A DNA stretch of 64,000 nucleotides from the human T2T-CHM13v2.0 reference genome, Homo sapiens: NCBI RefSeq assembly GCF_009914755.1, contig NC_060931.1; one strand, written 5' to 3'. A program made the translations under genes and the position numbers. Shown piece by piece: positions 43,956-57,759 of the stretch (positions are counted from its first letter, which is position 1; each line of letters begins with the position of its first letter). The notes beneath the pieces were generated by a model that did no database searches, was not told the DNA's origin, and saw only the letters and a program-made list of their open reading frames with translations.

Positions 43956-44583
43956 CGAAACTGTGGCCTAAAGAGTTAAACCAATGACTACATTCTTGGA
44001 TTTATAGAATAGCATATAAGAAAAGAAGCAAGGTCCTAAAAAGCTAATATTGAAACTGTATCTCAAAGAGTAAGAACCTGGTAACTAACAAACATTCTTG
44101 AGTTTACAGGATAGCACATAAGAAAAGAAACAACTTGCTGCAATGCCGAAATGCCCTCTGCTTGTGAGATGAAAAACAACTGGCTGAAATTGGTAGGAAC
44201 TAAGATGGCTGACTGGAGTTTGTGCAGAAGGAGCTTACTGACGTCACAGTCTGAATTTCCACCACGTGTTTCACGCTAACTCCCCCTGAATTTGCACATG
44301 CAACCCATGAGTTACCATGAACTGCACATGTCCAAGGACTTTCCAGACCTCCCCTTTCCTTCTACCAATCACCTACTAATCTCAGAATCCATCCCCTGAA
44401 CCATTTCTAATAAAAAGACTGCATTGAAGCCAGCATGGGGAGACAGATTTGAGCTTGATTTACATCTCCTTGAGAGTCGACTTTGAATATAAAGCTTCTT
44501 CTTCTTTTTTTTTTTTCAAAAACCTGGTGTCATTATATTGGCTTCTAGCACATCAGGCAGTAAGCCCCTTTTGCTCCATAATA
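43956..44583 (+). mobile_element. ERV1-class solo LTR with a duplicated 5' end (family not assigned)
   Basis: 4-bp TSD aaat (43952-43955 / 44584-44587); U3 motifs, agacagatttgagct, tattggcttctagc...ttttgctc end; the host ERVL pol resumes after it. Confidence 0.8.
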
Positions 44584-45839
44584 AAATGATAGGTTTCTGT
44601 CATTTCAGTGGATTTTCTAGGAGATCCAGGGCTGTGGGCTATATTACCTATTAATAGATCCACATTGCAAGAAATGTATGCCTCATACACAAATCATCAG
44701 ATTCTTTCCTGAATGATTCTTTCAGTAATCACACAGACAAAATAGCCCAATTTATGTCAATTTGCCAATTTTTTTTCAGACACACTGGTGTTAATAAGTT
44801 TTTGAACAAATAGCCATGGTAACAGAGTTAATCATTTGTACTTTTACTTTAACATATAATCCTCAACAAGGTTTAATTAGGAACCTCTACTACTAAGCAT
44901 CCAGTGCTTTCACATTAGCAACCACCTCTGTGGTTCAAATGTAGTACCATACCCAGAGCAACCAGCAAGCCAACTGGTGACACAAAGATTATACAGGTGC
45001 CTCTCATCTTCAGAGGCAACAATTTCTTATCAACAGAATAAGTTTTTACTCTGAATTTAGATTCTCCTCCTCTGTTTACTCTTCTTGTCAACTGAATTAT
45101 CTATGGGATTCTTACTATCTTACGTTCTAGTATAGGGCTCCATAGAACATTACTCTGACCAAAATACTCCTTGTTTAAAAAAAAATAAGGCAATTGGCTG
45201 AAGATTTTTTGGTCTTTTGCCATGTCTACCACCATCCAGAAGTAACTAACATTATGGAATGGAGAAATATTGCTTTACAGGAAATAACACCTTGTGATAT
45301 TAGAGCACTGTCCTACAATATACACTACACATTAGGAGTGCCAATAAATACATGGTGCTGCTTCTCTTAAATCAAAATTCATGGATCAGTATAACCAAGT
45401 ATGGAAGTAGGAGTTACATCTCTCCTATTTAACTGTAGTGATTTTACACGGATTGTTGCCTTATGTTCTCATGATTCTGAGTCATGTTGGTTTACAGGTA
45501 TTACTTTATACAGGAGCAATATTTCCACCATTGAACAAAGAGTTTTCAAGGAATTAAAGGTTAGAAATACCACAGGCTATTGTCAGAACTGAAAGGCATT
45601 GTAAAAATAAGCAGAAGTGTTGGTAGGTGGTTCAGATAACGTGACTTTATGATTAATCCTGATTGTTGAAGTGAAATTATTTGTCATTACACTTCAGCGA
45701 AAGGAAGAAATTTTTCCAAAAACTGGCAAATGAGGCAAATAGGCTCCTCCTATTCTGCCTTGTCCTGCAGTAAAGTTAAAGGAGGACTAGAGCAGTACAT
45801 ACAGGCATAACTGCAGTCTTTACATTCTTCAAGAATAAT

Positions 45840-47390
45840 TTGTTTTGGTTTTGTCATATTTTATCATTGTTATTATTGAATTATACCTTATATGTAGTGA
45901 AATTATAGATTGTCTGTACACAGTTCAAAGAGTTTTGACAAATGTATACACTTGTGTGACTAGCACCCAAATTAAGATATATCATATTTCCTTCACTCCA
46001 GAGAATTTCTTCATAGACTTTTCTGCCAAACTTTCCCACCCTAACTGAGACCACTGGTCATATTTCTATCACCTTTGGTTTGTTTTTCCTGCTCTTGAAC
46101 TTCGTATACTTGAAAATCATAGGGTATACATACACTCTTTTCTGTCTGACTTCTTTTACTCAACTTTTTTTGAGATTTACTCATGTTGTTACATGGATCA
46201 ATAATTTATTAATCTTTTTCATTTTGTTGAGTAGTATTCAATTGTATGTGTAGATTGCAAATTGTACATCCATTCTCCTGTTAAGATCATTTGGGTTATT
46301 TCTAGTTTTAGGTAACTGTGAATAAAGCTACCATAAACATTAGAATACAGCTCTTTTTGGAGGCCGATGCCTTCATTTCTCCTGAGGGATTACTGAAGAG
46401 TGGCAATGCTGTACCACAGGAAGGATGAAAGTTTAGTTTTTAGGAAACTGCCAAAAAGAGAATCCCAGCTGTTCCACGCTTGCCCCCATTTCCTGTTGTC
46501 ATTTGTTTTGATCTTAGCAGTTCTTTTTGGTGTAAAGTAGTACTTCATCATAGTTTTAACTTAAATTCCCCAGATGCCTAATAATATTGAGCCCCATTTC
46601 ACAGGCTTAAGTCCATTCACGTATAAATTTTGTGAAGTATTTTTTTCAAGCATTCTGCTCATTTTTAAAGTAGTTGTTTGCCTCTTTAACGTAGAGTTAT
46701 TTAGATTCAATACCCCTTTAATCAGAACTCAGCAATCATTTTTCGTAGAAATGGACAAGCAGTTTATAAAATGTACATGAAAATTCAACAGACACAGAAT
46801 AGCTGAAACAGTCTTGAAAAAGAGGAACAAACTTGGAGGATTTATATTATCTGATCTCAAGAATTACTATAAAACCAAGACTGTGGTAATAGCGTAGGTA
46901 TAAACAAATAGATCAATGACAAAAAAAGAATGACTAGAAAAAGATCCACGCATACACGGTCAATTAATTTTTGACAAGATTCAAAGCAATGTGATGGGAA
47001 AGTCTTTTCAGCAGATGGTGCTGAAATAGTCAGATAACTATATGGGAAATAAATGAACCTCAAGTACTACCTCATAGTATAACAAAAAGTAATTTGAAGA
47101 TCATCATAGACCTAAATGAAAAAATAGAAAATATTTTTTTAGCAGAATATGTAAAGATTATTTTTGCAATCTTGCAGTATGCAAAGATATCTCAGATATT
47201 ACAAAAAAATATAAAAATGATAAATACAACTTCATCAAAATTAAAATTGTGTGCTCATCAAAATAAACCATTAAGAAAATAAATGAGCAAACTGCAGATT
47301 AAGAGAAAATATCCCCAAGGCATAGGTCTGACAAATAACTTGTATGCAAAACATATTTAAAGACTCCTAAAAGCTTAAGAAAAAAGTAAA
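45840..47390 (-). mobile_element. L1MB/L1ME-type element with a 5' inversion (45840-46700 antisense, 46701-47390 sense)
   Basis: 3' UTR gagttttgacaaatgtatacac...; sense ORF2 piece tagattcaatac...gaaatggacaagc...ttgaaaaagaggaacaaacttggagga. Confidence 0.85.
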
Positions 47391-47462
47391 AGTGTTGGGC
47401 CATTTTCACAGGTAAAGATTTCTGTGTTGATTTACAACTAGGTATAGATTGAATTTAGATAA

Positions 47463-47880
47463 TTGTAACAGATTTCATCCATAGCCTTACTTTACCTTTG
47501 CAATATGACTTTATAATTCCTCCCATTGAGAGCCTCTGGCAGGTACAACTTTCTTTGACCAGTGGAATATGGCATAATCAATGATATGCCATTTCCAAGC
47601 TGACATACAAGGCAAGCTTGCATGCTTCTTCATTCTGCCTGGTTGTCATGCAAACAAGCCCAGGTGCCCTGCTTGGGATTGAAAGATCACATGGAGAAAA
47701 GACAGTCTTACCCAGCTGAGTGCATCCTGTACCAGCCTAGCTTTGGCCAACAAGCACCTGACTGCAAATGCCTGCATGAGCTTAGGCAAGAACAAAAAAT
47801 ATCACCCATCAGAGTGAGCACAACTTGTCTACTCATAGATTTGTAAGCTAAATATATCATTGTTGTTTTAAAATATCTCT
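47463..47880 (+). mobile_element. MLT1H-type MaLR LTR
   Basis: ctttgcaatatgacttt...cctcccatt...ctttgaccagtggaat...cacatggag...tgttgttttaa. Confidence 0.7.
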
Positions 47881-48067
47881 TTTTATAAAGCTTTTTTTGT
47901 TAAAAGTATATTCATAGTTTCTGTTTTTCTTTTTAAAATATTTGCTAGAATTCACCAGTGAAGCCATCTGGCTTTGAGCTTTTCTTTGTGGGAGCAGTTA
48001 CTGTTTTGTTGTGTTTTTCCCTCCTGTATTCCCAGCAGCTAAAGTTGAGTTTAGCAATTAAAATGCT

Positions 48068-48505
48068 CTTGGGTCAGTTAGGGCCAAGCAGGAGAGGGAT
48101 GACACACTCAATGCAGGATAATTCAAGGAATGCTTAGTGAAGGACAAACATACCAGGTGGGATCAGGAGAGGGAAATCACAAGGGGTATTTTTGCACCCT
48201 GGGGCTAACAACACTGAGGCTCTTAGCCAAAGAATTAAGAGGAGTAAGGTGATTACTGGAACCTGGAAGAAAAGAGGAGCTGCGTATTTCTTGGGATACA
48301 TCTAGCTCAAGGAAACCAAACAGAAGAGGAGCCTTAATTTTAGTTTCCTTTCTTCCTCTGCTCTTTTGTCAGGGCTCTGAGGTTGAACTCAACTGGAAGC
48401 CAGAGATTAAAGGTGCCCATTCATGTGGTTAAGTAGGTGATCCTCCTAGGACAGAGAAAAGGATACAGAAGCATATGTCTGGGAACGCAAAAAGATGTTA
48501 TACTT
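48068..48505. mobile_element. LTR33-family LTR
   Basis: cagttagggccaagcaggagagggatgacacactcaa...ccctggggctaacaac...caactggaagccagag. Confidence 0.7.
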
Positions 48506-48663
48506 ATTGTAGCACTCAATTAGATATATATTCTCGAGAATAAAATCAACTGACCATGTATGTGTAGGTCTATTCCTAGTGGTTCTTTTCTTGGCTTTGA
48601 TCTATTTATTTATACCTACACTATTACTACAGTCTTGATGTTATATATTCCTGAGATATATAT

Positions 48664-48710
48664 TCTCTCTCTCTCTCTCTGTCTCTCTCTATATATATAT
48701 ATATATATAT
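48664..48710. repeat. Compound (TC)n(TA)n microsatellite
   Basis: Directly visible. Confidence 0.95.
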
Positions 48711-48970
48711 TCAAGAATATATATCTTCTTGAGTGTTACACCACATATGTGGTTGAATAAATTAATGAATAAATGAATGCTTTATATATAATGTTATAGT
48801 CACTCTGAAGGCAATTTGGAAGGATATACCGACATTTAAAGTATTTGAATCCATACCTCAGAATCTACAATAAAGAAACACTAGTATAAAGGCACCAGAA
48901 GATACCTTCTAGAAAGATAACTAAAGGGATAACTTTGGTTACTACTTGGGATTAGGGTAAGCTTTAATGA

Positions 48971-49316
<346 letters not shown>

Positions 49317-49956
49317 TAACTATAATTTTTAAAAACATAAAAGGAGATTTTGTACATATAAATGGTTGGATAATTAAAAGATAATTTACATTTCAGAAAA
49401 CAAATATAGCAATCATACTAGAGCCAAGATAAAATAGATAAAATAGAGTCAAGAGCCAAGATACAATAATTCCTGCAATTAATCATTCCATCACATGTCC
49501 CTTATCTTCATGGCAGGCAAAGGAAAATGAACAATATAAAAGACTACAAAATGTAGTCTAATGGAAAGAAACAAACCAGCTAAGATAAATCCTTTATTTC
49601 TACTAAGCTCCTCCCAATATTAAACACTTTGCTTTTGTATTTTTAACAAACTTTTATATAAGTGATGGAAGTAATATTCACTGTATTATCTTATTAGAAG
49701 TTAAACAAATTGCAAAAGCATCCTTCTCTATAAACACTTTCTTATATCAAGTAGTTAAAAATGATTGGCATTAGTGTTTGAAAAGTCAGAGAATCAGTCA
49801 TATATAGTGCATTCAAGTGGTATAATCTGATTAAAGAATAAAGATGCCAAATTTTTGTTAATTTTCTAAAATATATTACATGAAAGTATATTCATAATGA
49901 TAATTATATAAACTTCACCTTTTTAATCAAATATCTTTATCAAGGACAGTTGTACT

Positions 49957-50311
49957 CGTCTGCCTCCATTCAGTCTACTACAACAAAGTACCGTAGACTC
50001 GGTAGCTTCTAAATAACGGAAGTTTATTTCTCACAGTTCTGGAGGCCGAGAAGCATAAGATCCAAATGCCAGCAGATTTGGTGTCCAGGGAGGGCCTGCC
50101 TTCTCATAGATAGTAACTTCTCCCTAGGTCCTCACATGGTGGAAGCAGCAAGGCAGCTCTTTGGGGCATCATTTATAATGGCATGAATTTCATTCATGAG
50201 ACCTCCACCTTCATCAACTATTCACCCCTTACAGTCCCCACCTGTTAATACCATCAAATTAATGATTAGGTTTTCAACACATGAAAGTGTGGAGTGACAA
50301 AAATATCAGCA
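49957..50311 (-). mobile_element. MLT1A-type solo LTR
   Basis: tttatttctcacagttctggaggc...tcctcacatggtggaag...aataccatca; TSD gtact/gtagt. Confidence 0.88.
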
Positions 50312-51268
50312 GTAGTTCATAGAAATAATTCAATAATAAACTGATACCAAGTCATAATAGATGTTCTGCTGCTGTTTTCCAATTATTTATCTTCAATGGC
50401 TAGGTAAAGAAAAGTAATTAAGAAAATAACACATGGGCTACAAAAACAAGATTTATAACAAAAATGAGACTACATGATTTTTTTAAATGTATGCAACTTC
50501 TTCTCACTTGATCAGTTCACATTAAATTCTCTTTACTAGAATGCGTTTCTAATATTTATAGAAAAGAACATATTTTATATTTAGAAAATTATATAGGAGC
50601 CTATAGTTTACTAATCAATGGTTATAGTTTACTCCTTTAATTGTAAAACAAAACCATAAAGCTGTAAATGACAAATTTTTCTTCCCATGAATAGCTGATT
50701 GCCTAAAGAAGAACATCCTATCACTTCATGACTTTGAGTGATGGGTTCACATGTTTTATTTTAAATATTCTAAAGAGTCCTTTTGCTGCTGAAATTTCTT
50801 CCCAAGCATACAGAAGTGTTTCCCTTTCTTTTTTTTTACTGAACACACCTAAGATGCTACTGAAGTAGTAATATTATTATATTTTATACATATATTGGAA
50901 CATCACCATAGCCAAACAATTTCAGCATAGTATGCAAAGGGAGTTGTGTTTTGATGATTTTCAGGGATTTTATTACTGAAAGTATCATATGAAAATGTTG
51001 TACCTACGACATGACTAGGGCATGATGTTTTCTAAAAGGTTATATTTAATCTGCTCATTAATACCCAAAATTGTAAATGAAGTCTGCTAAACATAAGTAG
51101 CAAAATACAAAAAAAATTGAGGGTCTCCCTTTCAAAAAAAATAGAGACTGAATATTTAAACCATAACACCTATATTTCATGTAAACAATGAAAGTTGTAT
51201 CCACAGTTATTTGATTATATATTTTGGTAAATCGAATATCCTAGCTGATAGTTTCTTTATTTTACACG

Positions 51269-53304
51269 TATATTAGGCCCTTCTTGCATTACTATAAAGA
51301 AATATCTGAGACTGGGTAATGTATATAGAAAAGAGGTTTAATTGGCTCATGGTTCTGCAGGATTTATAGGAAACTTGGTGTTGGCATTTGCTCAGCCTCT
51401 AGGGATGCCTCAGAAAGCTTACAATCATGGAAGAGGATGAAGGGGGAGCAAACAAGTCACACGGCAAAAGCAGGAACAAGCAAGAGAGAAAATGTGGTGG
51501 CGGGGGATTGCCACACACTTTTAAATTACCAGATCTCATAAGAACTCACTCACTATTGTGAAGACAGCACCAAGCCATGAGGGATCTGCTCCTATGATAC
51601 AAACGCCACAGATATGGTTTGGATTTGTGTCCCAGCCCAAATATGCTGAATTGTAATTCCCAATGTTGGATGAGGGACCTGGTTGGAGGTGATAGGATCA
51701 TGGGGGCAGATTTCCCCCTCATTATTCTCATGATAGCGAGTGAGTTCTCACAAGGTCTGGTTGTTTAGAAATGTGTAACACCTCCTCCCTCACTCTTTTC
51801 TTCCTGCTCTGGCCATGTAAGACTCGCCTCCTTCCTCTTCACCTTCTGTCATGATTGTAAGTTTCCTGAGGTCTCCCCAGCCATGATTCCTGTACAGCCT
51901 GTGGAACTGTGAGCTAATTAAAACTCTTTTCTTTACAAATTAGCCAGTTTCAGATATTTCTTTAGAGCAGTGTGAGAGTAGACTAATACAGAAAATTAGT
52001 ACTGGGAAGTAAGGCATTCCTATAAAGATACGTGAAAATGTGGAAGCAGCTTTGGAACTGGGTAATGGACAGAGACTGGAACAATTTGGAGGACTCAGAA
52101 GAAGACAGGAAGATGAGGGAAATTTTGGAACTTCATAAAGAGTTGTTGAATGGTTGTGACCAAAATGCTGATAGTGACATGGACAATAAAGTACAGACTG
52201 AGGAGGCCTCAGATAGAGATGAGGAACTTATTGGGAACTGGAGCAAAGGTCACTTTTGTTATTCATTAGCAAAAAGGTTGGAGGCATTGTGCCTCTGCCC
52301 TAGAGATCTGTGGAGCTTTGAACTTGAGAGAGAGATGATTTATGGTATCTAGTGGGATAAATTTCTAAAGAGCAAAGCATTCAAGATATAGCTCTGGCTG
52401 CTGCTAATGGCATATGTTCATATGTGTGAGCAAAGAGATGCCCAAGGCCTTAGAGTCTGCCCCTTGCCTCAGTGTGGCCTGGATGTGAGACATGGAGTCA
52501 AAAGAGATTATTTCGGAGCTTTAATATTTAATGACTTCTATGCTGGGTTTCCGATTTGCATGAGACCTGAAGCCACTTTGTGAGATCTGGTTTCTTCCTT
52601 TTGGAATGAGTGTATTTACCCAATGCTGGTACCCTGATTGTATCTTGGAAGTAACTAACTTGTTTTTGATTTTACAGACTCTTAGGTAGAAAGGACTTGT
52701 CTCAGATGAGATTTTGGACTGTTGACTTCTGAGTTAAGGCTGAAATGAGTTAAGAATGGGGGACTATTGACAAGGGATTATTGTATTTTGCAATGTGAGA
52801 AGAACAAGAGATTTGGGAGGGGCCAGGGTTAGAATGATATGGTTTGGATTTGTGTTCACACCCAAATCTCATGTTGAATTGCAATTCCCAATGTTGAACG
52901 AGGGGCCTGGTGGGAGGTGATTGGATCATGGGGGTGGATTTCTCCTTGCTGTTCTCATGATAGTGAGTGAGTTTTCATGAGGTCTGGTTGTTTAAAAGTT
53001 TGTAGCACCTCCCTCTTTACTCTTTTCCTACTGCCTTGGGCATGTAATATGCCCCTCCTTCCTCTTTGACTTCCACCATGATTGTTAGTTTCCTGAGGCC
53101 TCCCCAGCCATGCTTCCTGTACTGCCTGCAGAACCATAAGCCAATTAAACCTCTTTTCTTTATAAATTACCCAGTCTCTGGTAGTTCTTTATAGCAATGT
53201 GAGAATGGACTAATAAAACATCCCACCAGGCCCTACCTCCTCCAGCATTTGGGATTACAATTCAGCATGAGTTTTGGGCAGGGACAAATATCCAAACTAT
53301 ACCA
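51269..53304 (-). mobile_element. MSTA solo LTR split by a THE1D provirus (pieces 51269-51609 and 53218-53304)
   Basis: tattaggcccttcttgcatt...gagggatctgctcctatga| ... |cccaccaggccc...gggacaaatatccaaactatacca; TSD acacg/atatg. Confidence 0.92.
51610..53217 (+). mobile_element. THE1D-type provirus: 5' LTR 51610-51990, internally deleted internal region 51991-52834, 3' LTR 52835-53217
   Basis: Two direct LTRs (gatatggtttggatttgtgt...gactaata); ORF 52032-52352 WKQLWNWV...SEEDRKM...NWSKG...CPRDLW is the MaLR internal ORF; polypurine tract gggaggggccaggg before the 3' LTR. Confidence 0.93.
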
Positions 53305-53940
53305 ATATGTATACAAACATTTGCAAAAATGATCAGAGTTTAATAAAATGAATTTAATATTTTCTAAATTGTCATGTATTATAGACCACCGTCACCACAG
53401 TAGAGGACTTAAAAGATATATTTATACCCCTTGCCTCTCTATACTCCCTTTACATTGCCCCAGGTGGCGATGAAAACATCTAATACATAGATGCTAATAT
53501 AAAATATATAGATGCTAATATATCTTAGCAGACATTTGACAGAGTTCAAGGAATAAAATCAATTTTATAGAAATTTTTTAAACATAGTAATATTGAAGAA
53601 AGTTTTCTACTCTGAAGTCATTATTTAAAAAGTCATATAGAGATATTTTTAAAAGTACAGATCTATTGGATAATTTAGCATTTTCTGTTCTTGGGATTTC
53701 TGAAAATATGATAAAGGGACCAAAATTTTCTTGCTAAGTATTATTCTACGTTACCAGGAATTAAGAGAAAAGAGTATGGTCAACTCCAGGTGTTAAATTA
53801 AACTACATAGCATCTTTATAAAAAGCCAAGTTGCGTCCGGTTTAACTGTGAGAATGGGGATCTAGACAGATAATCCTCATCAGTGCAGGCATGATGGGGG
53901 CTGAATAGATTAACAGAGGTATTTTGGTCTGGTCATGTTC

Positions 53941-53970
53941 AAAAAAAAAGAAAGAAAGAAAGAAAGAAAG
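53941..53970. repeat. A-run plus (GAAA)n
   Basis: Directly visible. Confidence 0.9.
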
Positions 53971-54714
53971 TGGATGAGGTAGCAACTGGCCCAAGTCAGA
54001 GGAAATATAGCCCAGTGGGACATTAAGGATATCAGTAAGCAATAGTAAGTCATCCATCAGTAAATCACTTGCAGTTTCCTTAAAAATCCCCTTTCAGATC
54101 ATAACAATTCTTCAGTCCAGACAAATAAAAAATGAATATTAACTACATTATTGATATTTGAGTCATCCCTGAAGGATGAGGTCAATGTATCAGTAATGGG
54201 GAGATATATCCAAATCCTGACAACTTCTTCTTAGGCCAATGCTTAGGAGAACAAGCCTTTTATGCATGGCATTTATTATCCTACTCTGAAGACAAAGAAT
54301 TTATTTACAAATTATTTCCCTCGTAGAAAATATGAATAGAAAAGAAAATCAGTCCAAATGACTTTATAATGTTGCATTATCTTCCCTAGCTTGAGAAAAG
54401 AATCACTTGTCTCTGGGTATGTTTCTTAGAGTCTCTCTTCCTTTAACAATACAGATATAAAGAGGGAGGAGATGACATCTACCAGCGATTTCTTGGGTTT
54501 GAATCAGTCAGCTCATCTGAATTTACCTGAGATAATTAGCAACTGGATTTTACAAAAAATCAGTGGATCACTAACTGGCTCAAGGTCAAAAGGGAAGGAA
54601 GGAATTTTAACACATCTATCTGATTGCAAAGCTCTTTATATAGTCTAACAAACACTAATTTCTACTAAAAGAAATTATCTATTTAGTACTGACTTTTAAA
54701 TAAAAACATATTAA

Positions 54715-55462
<748 letters not shown>

Positions 55463-57154
55463 AAGGTCAATGAACAAGGAAGGAATTATTTGCTTCCACA
55501 GTGCTACTGAAAATAAATGTGCTTTAATAATTTAGAAGAATCTTTAAAATATTGCATTTCCTCAAAATTGTTAAAATCATGACTTCCAGTCACAATGTTC
55601 TTTTCTATTGGTTTATGGGTTTATTGTCTATTGCCTCACTTCCTTGGGGCCTCCTATATAGCCAACTCAAAGTATTCAATTCAGCATACTCTCAGTGCTC
55701 AAATATGTGTAAAACAAAATATTTTTTAAAGGAGACATATAGAAAAACTGACTAGCAAAAAGTCTTAATAAAATTTTTGACAAAATATTCAAAGAAAATG
55801 TAGGAACTATGTCACTGTCTTTTCCTCTTATGTATACACAAAACTTATAAATGTGATGAGATGTCTAAACAACTATACTCCATAATTTTTACTCACAGCT
55901 GCTACCCCTTGACAGAACACTGGCCAAAGTAGCAAAATAAGAATAGAATTTACAATTTGATAAAAATAACTGTGAGAGTATCCCATCTCAGTAAAAGAGA
56001 AGTTATTAGCAAAAATATTTGGACACAATAGGAGTCATGTCTCCATCAACTCCAAAATCTCAATGACAATAAAAATTGGAAAATCAAAGCTATTTAAAAG
56101 AAGTCAATGGCATTTTTGCATATTAATAACTGAAGTTTAAATAATTTTATAAAACCAGAATTCTTTGCAATGATGATATTACTTTTATCCAAAGATCTAC
56201 CTGAAAAAAATGTGAACTGATTTGTAACTGTCTTAGTAGGAGAAAATTAACAAATTTTCAAAATAAAGAAAAAAAGAGTTCTAGACAGGACCAAGGTAGA
56301 AAAGATCCCCAATATCTTTAGTGAACGAGGATTGGTAATTAATCCCACAACCACACATATATACATACATACACTTTTTGTTTTTTATGTTTATGTTGAA
56401 GTCATCTGTTTAGATGGGTGTCTTTTACAACACATTCTTTCTGTAGGCAGTAAAACTGTTTTTTTTTCACTAGGCCAGAGGAAATAAAACTCATAACTCC
56501 AACACAGAAAAAAATTTTATATATATATAAAATTCACCTATTATATTTATGCAGCGTCCATCAGCTTTGCACCCATAATTTATCACTGTAATCAAGCTTG
56601 AATGAAAGGATTGTGACACAATTGGATGTATGACCTGAGAGCCTAAATTATCTTTTGTTAAGGCCACTTGTTCCCACAGCTTATTTGAATCCTGTGAGCT
56701 GAGTCCTAGGAGCTATGAGCATGGTTGAGATCATGTCTCACAGGTGCTTAGAGTATCCTTGATGTTAACAGTACAGGACAAGCAAGAACTGTTCTTGTAC
56801 ACAGTGCAGATCTCCACAGGGACAGCTCATTTTCTTTTGTTTTCTAACTTGCCATAAAACACATTTTTCCTACAATTCAATGTTTAAACAAACAATATTA
56901 TGTTGTCAGCAGTTGAACATTGATATAAACCTACTTATAAATTCATCCAGCTTGATTAGATCCACTCAAGAGCCCCAGTGTTTTTGACAATTTAAATAGG
57001 AATTACTGAGTGAGTAAATTTTTTCATCTGTTTTGACATATCACATTATACAAGTATTTCCTCAAAGAAGATAAAACATTGCATTTAGACATTCCCAGTA
57101 AAATAAATCCTTGTGTAGAAAGTGTATTAAACTCGCAACCAAAATCGTAATTAA

Positions 57155-57735
<581 letters not shown>

Positions 57736-57759
57736 TTATTTTTAGTTTTTAAAAATAAA

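Noticed and set aside
42177-47880. Two same-orientation MLT1 LTRs as the 5' and 3' LTRs of the ERVL region
   Set aside because: The first has its own TSD and interrupts gag, the two are not closely similar, and MaLR LTRs do not normally flank pol-containing internals.
49420-53522. Small repeats: agagccaagata x2 (~49420), 8-bp hairpin agactaca/tgtagtct (~49541), atagatgctaatata x2 (53487-53522)
   Set aside because: Short enough to be ordinary slippage or chance in AT-rich DNA.
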